In this document: piece after piece, positions 63,348 through 64,000 of the stretch
How the letters are laid out: every line of letters starts with the position of its first letter
How positions within the stretch are numbered: position 1 is the stretch's first letter
Origin: Elusimicrobiota bacterium
GTDB taxonomy: Bacteria; Elusimicrobiota; Elusimicrobia; UBA1565; UBA9628
Length of the DNA stretch: 64,000 nt
Direction of reading: 5' to 3'
NCBI GenBank assembly: GCA_027451985.1
Contig: DAIDHS010000005.1
Span: 267 to 64,266 of the forward strand
Position numbers and translations under genes: made by a program
The notes under the pieces: generated by a model
The model's database searches: none
The model's input: only the letters and a program-made list of their open reading frames with translations
Told to the model about the DNA's origin: nothing

Positions 63348-64000
63348 GAGCGAATAGTTTTATTGCGCTTAAAGGCGACGTCCGCGGCTTTTTGCAGGCT
63401 GGAAAACAATTCCTCGTATTTCTGGCTGTCGCGTTGGGCGCGGGCCTCACGGAGGGCCTGCAGTTCATAGGCTACGGCGCCGGGAATCTCGCCCTTTTGT
63501 GCGGCGATGACGGCCAGAAGTCTTAAGATTTCGACCATGCCGCTGGGGTTGGGGTTTTGCTGCGTTTGGGCCAGCGAGGCCAAGTTGCTGAATGAGGGAT
63601 CGTTTTTGAACGCCAGCAGCAGTTTTTCCGCTTCCGGAAGCCTGCCGGACTCCACGTAAATCCGCGTTATTCCGGAAAGCGCGGTGTAGACCGGGATTTG
63701 ATAACGGATTTTCTCGCGCAAATCCAAAACTTGCGAAAAAAGCAGCTCGGCCTCCTCATTGCGGCCCTGCCTGAGCCGAAGATGGCCTAAGAACGCTAGC
63801 CCCAGGATGATTCGCGTGTTGTACGGCCGCCAGCGGGACATGGCGGAGAGCTGAGCGTAGAGTTCCGCCGCTTCGTCCGGCGCGTCCAGGGCCATCAGCG
63901 TGCCGGCATTTTCCTGTAGGCTTTGCGCTTCGCACATGTGATCGTCGCCGAAAGGCCGATCGCGCAGGGCCCGGGATTGGTGGACGAAGCTTAGGGCTTT
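63344..64000 (-). CDS. TPR-repeat protein, partial; the 5' end lies beyond the window
   Basis: TPR-like helices (AELYAQLSAMS..., GRNEEAELLFSQVLDL..., GRLPEAEKLLLAF...). The frame stays open upstream of the first Met to position 64000. Its stop overlaps the next start (ATGA). Confidence 0.65.
   Translation of the reverse strand, partial: KALSFVHQSRALRDRPFGDDHMCEAQSLQENAGTLMALDAPDEAAELYAQLSAMSRWRPYNTRIILGLAFLGHLRLRQGRNEEAELLFSQVLDLREKIRYQIPVYTALSGITRIYVESGRLPEAEKLLLAFKNDPSFSNLASLAQTQQNPNPSGMVEILRLLAVIAAQKGEIPGAVAYELQALREARAQRDSQKYEELFSSLQKAADVAFKRNKTIRS

Overview
This is a high-GC bacterial chromosomal fragment, about 64 kb, densely coding and without rRNA, CRISPR arrays, transposases or integrases. 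I could not assign a phylum from the sequence alone.

Positions 1-38.3 kb are mostly ordinary core genome:
- Housekeeping genes: tilS, sppA, lgt, an RluD-family synthase, speA, era, hemW, valS, kdsD, a phosphohexomutase, and glcD/E plus glcF.
- A tmRNA (8804-9159, minus strand) and a tRNA-Cys(GCA) (36425-36498, minus strand).
- A dense signalling complement: two GGDEF cyclases, a GAF/HD-GYP phosphodiesterase, a histidine kinase with degenerate receiver-like modules, a CheY-like regulator, and a membrane pseudokinase upstream of a CpaF-type ATPase.
- Genes are often chained by 4-nt ATGA/GTGA start-stop overlaps.

The outstanding region is 38.3-63.3 kb. It is a tightly packed, almost gap-free plus-strand array in which 12 consecutive-ish proteins carry 13 intact CxxxCxxC radical-SAM motifs.
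- Three belong to a B12-binding (class B) family, five carry SPASM/twitch-type C-termini, and five form a tandem 'CN[YF]RC[SP]YC' family.
- One further B12-domain paralog has a destroyed cluster motif.
- One protein is a 966-aa fusion of a B12-type and a SPASM-type radical-SAM domain.
- Embedded genes encode a beta-helix protein, an MBL hydrolase and a small membrane-anchored protein.
- The array is headed by a GT2-like/coiled-coil protein and followed by two SGNH/GDSL hydrolases and a TPR protein.
- Two of the tandem paralogs carry N-terminal Cys/Gly-rich tails, MGSCGTGGCSGCG and MGGCGDKCGGCGGGCG.
- No intergenic gap is large enough to encode a precursor peptide.

I cannot match this gene set to any characterised pathway, and I treat it as the candidate novel system. 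All coordinates and motifs come from reading the supplied sequence and ORF track. Family names are motif-based recognitions, not database hits.
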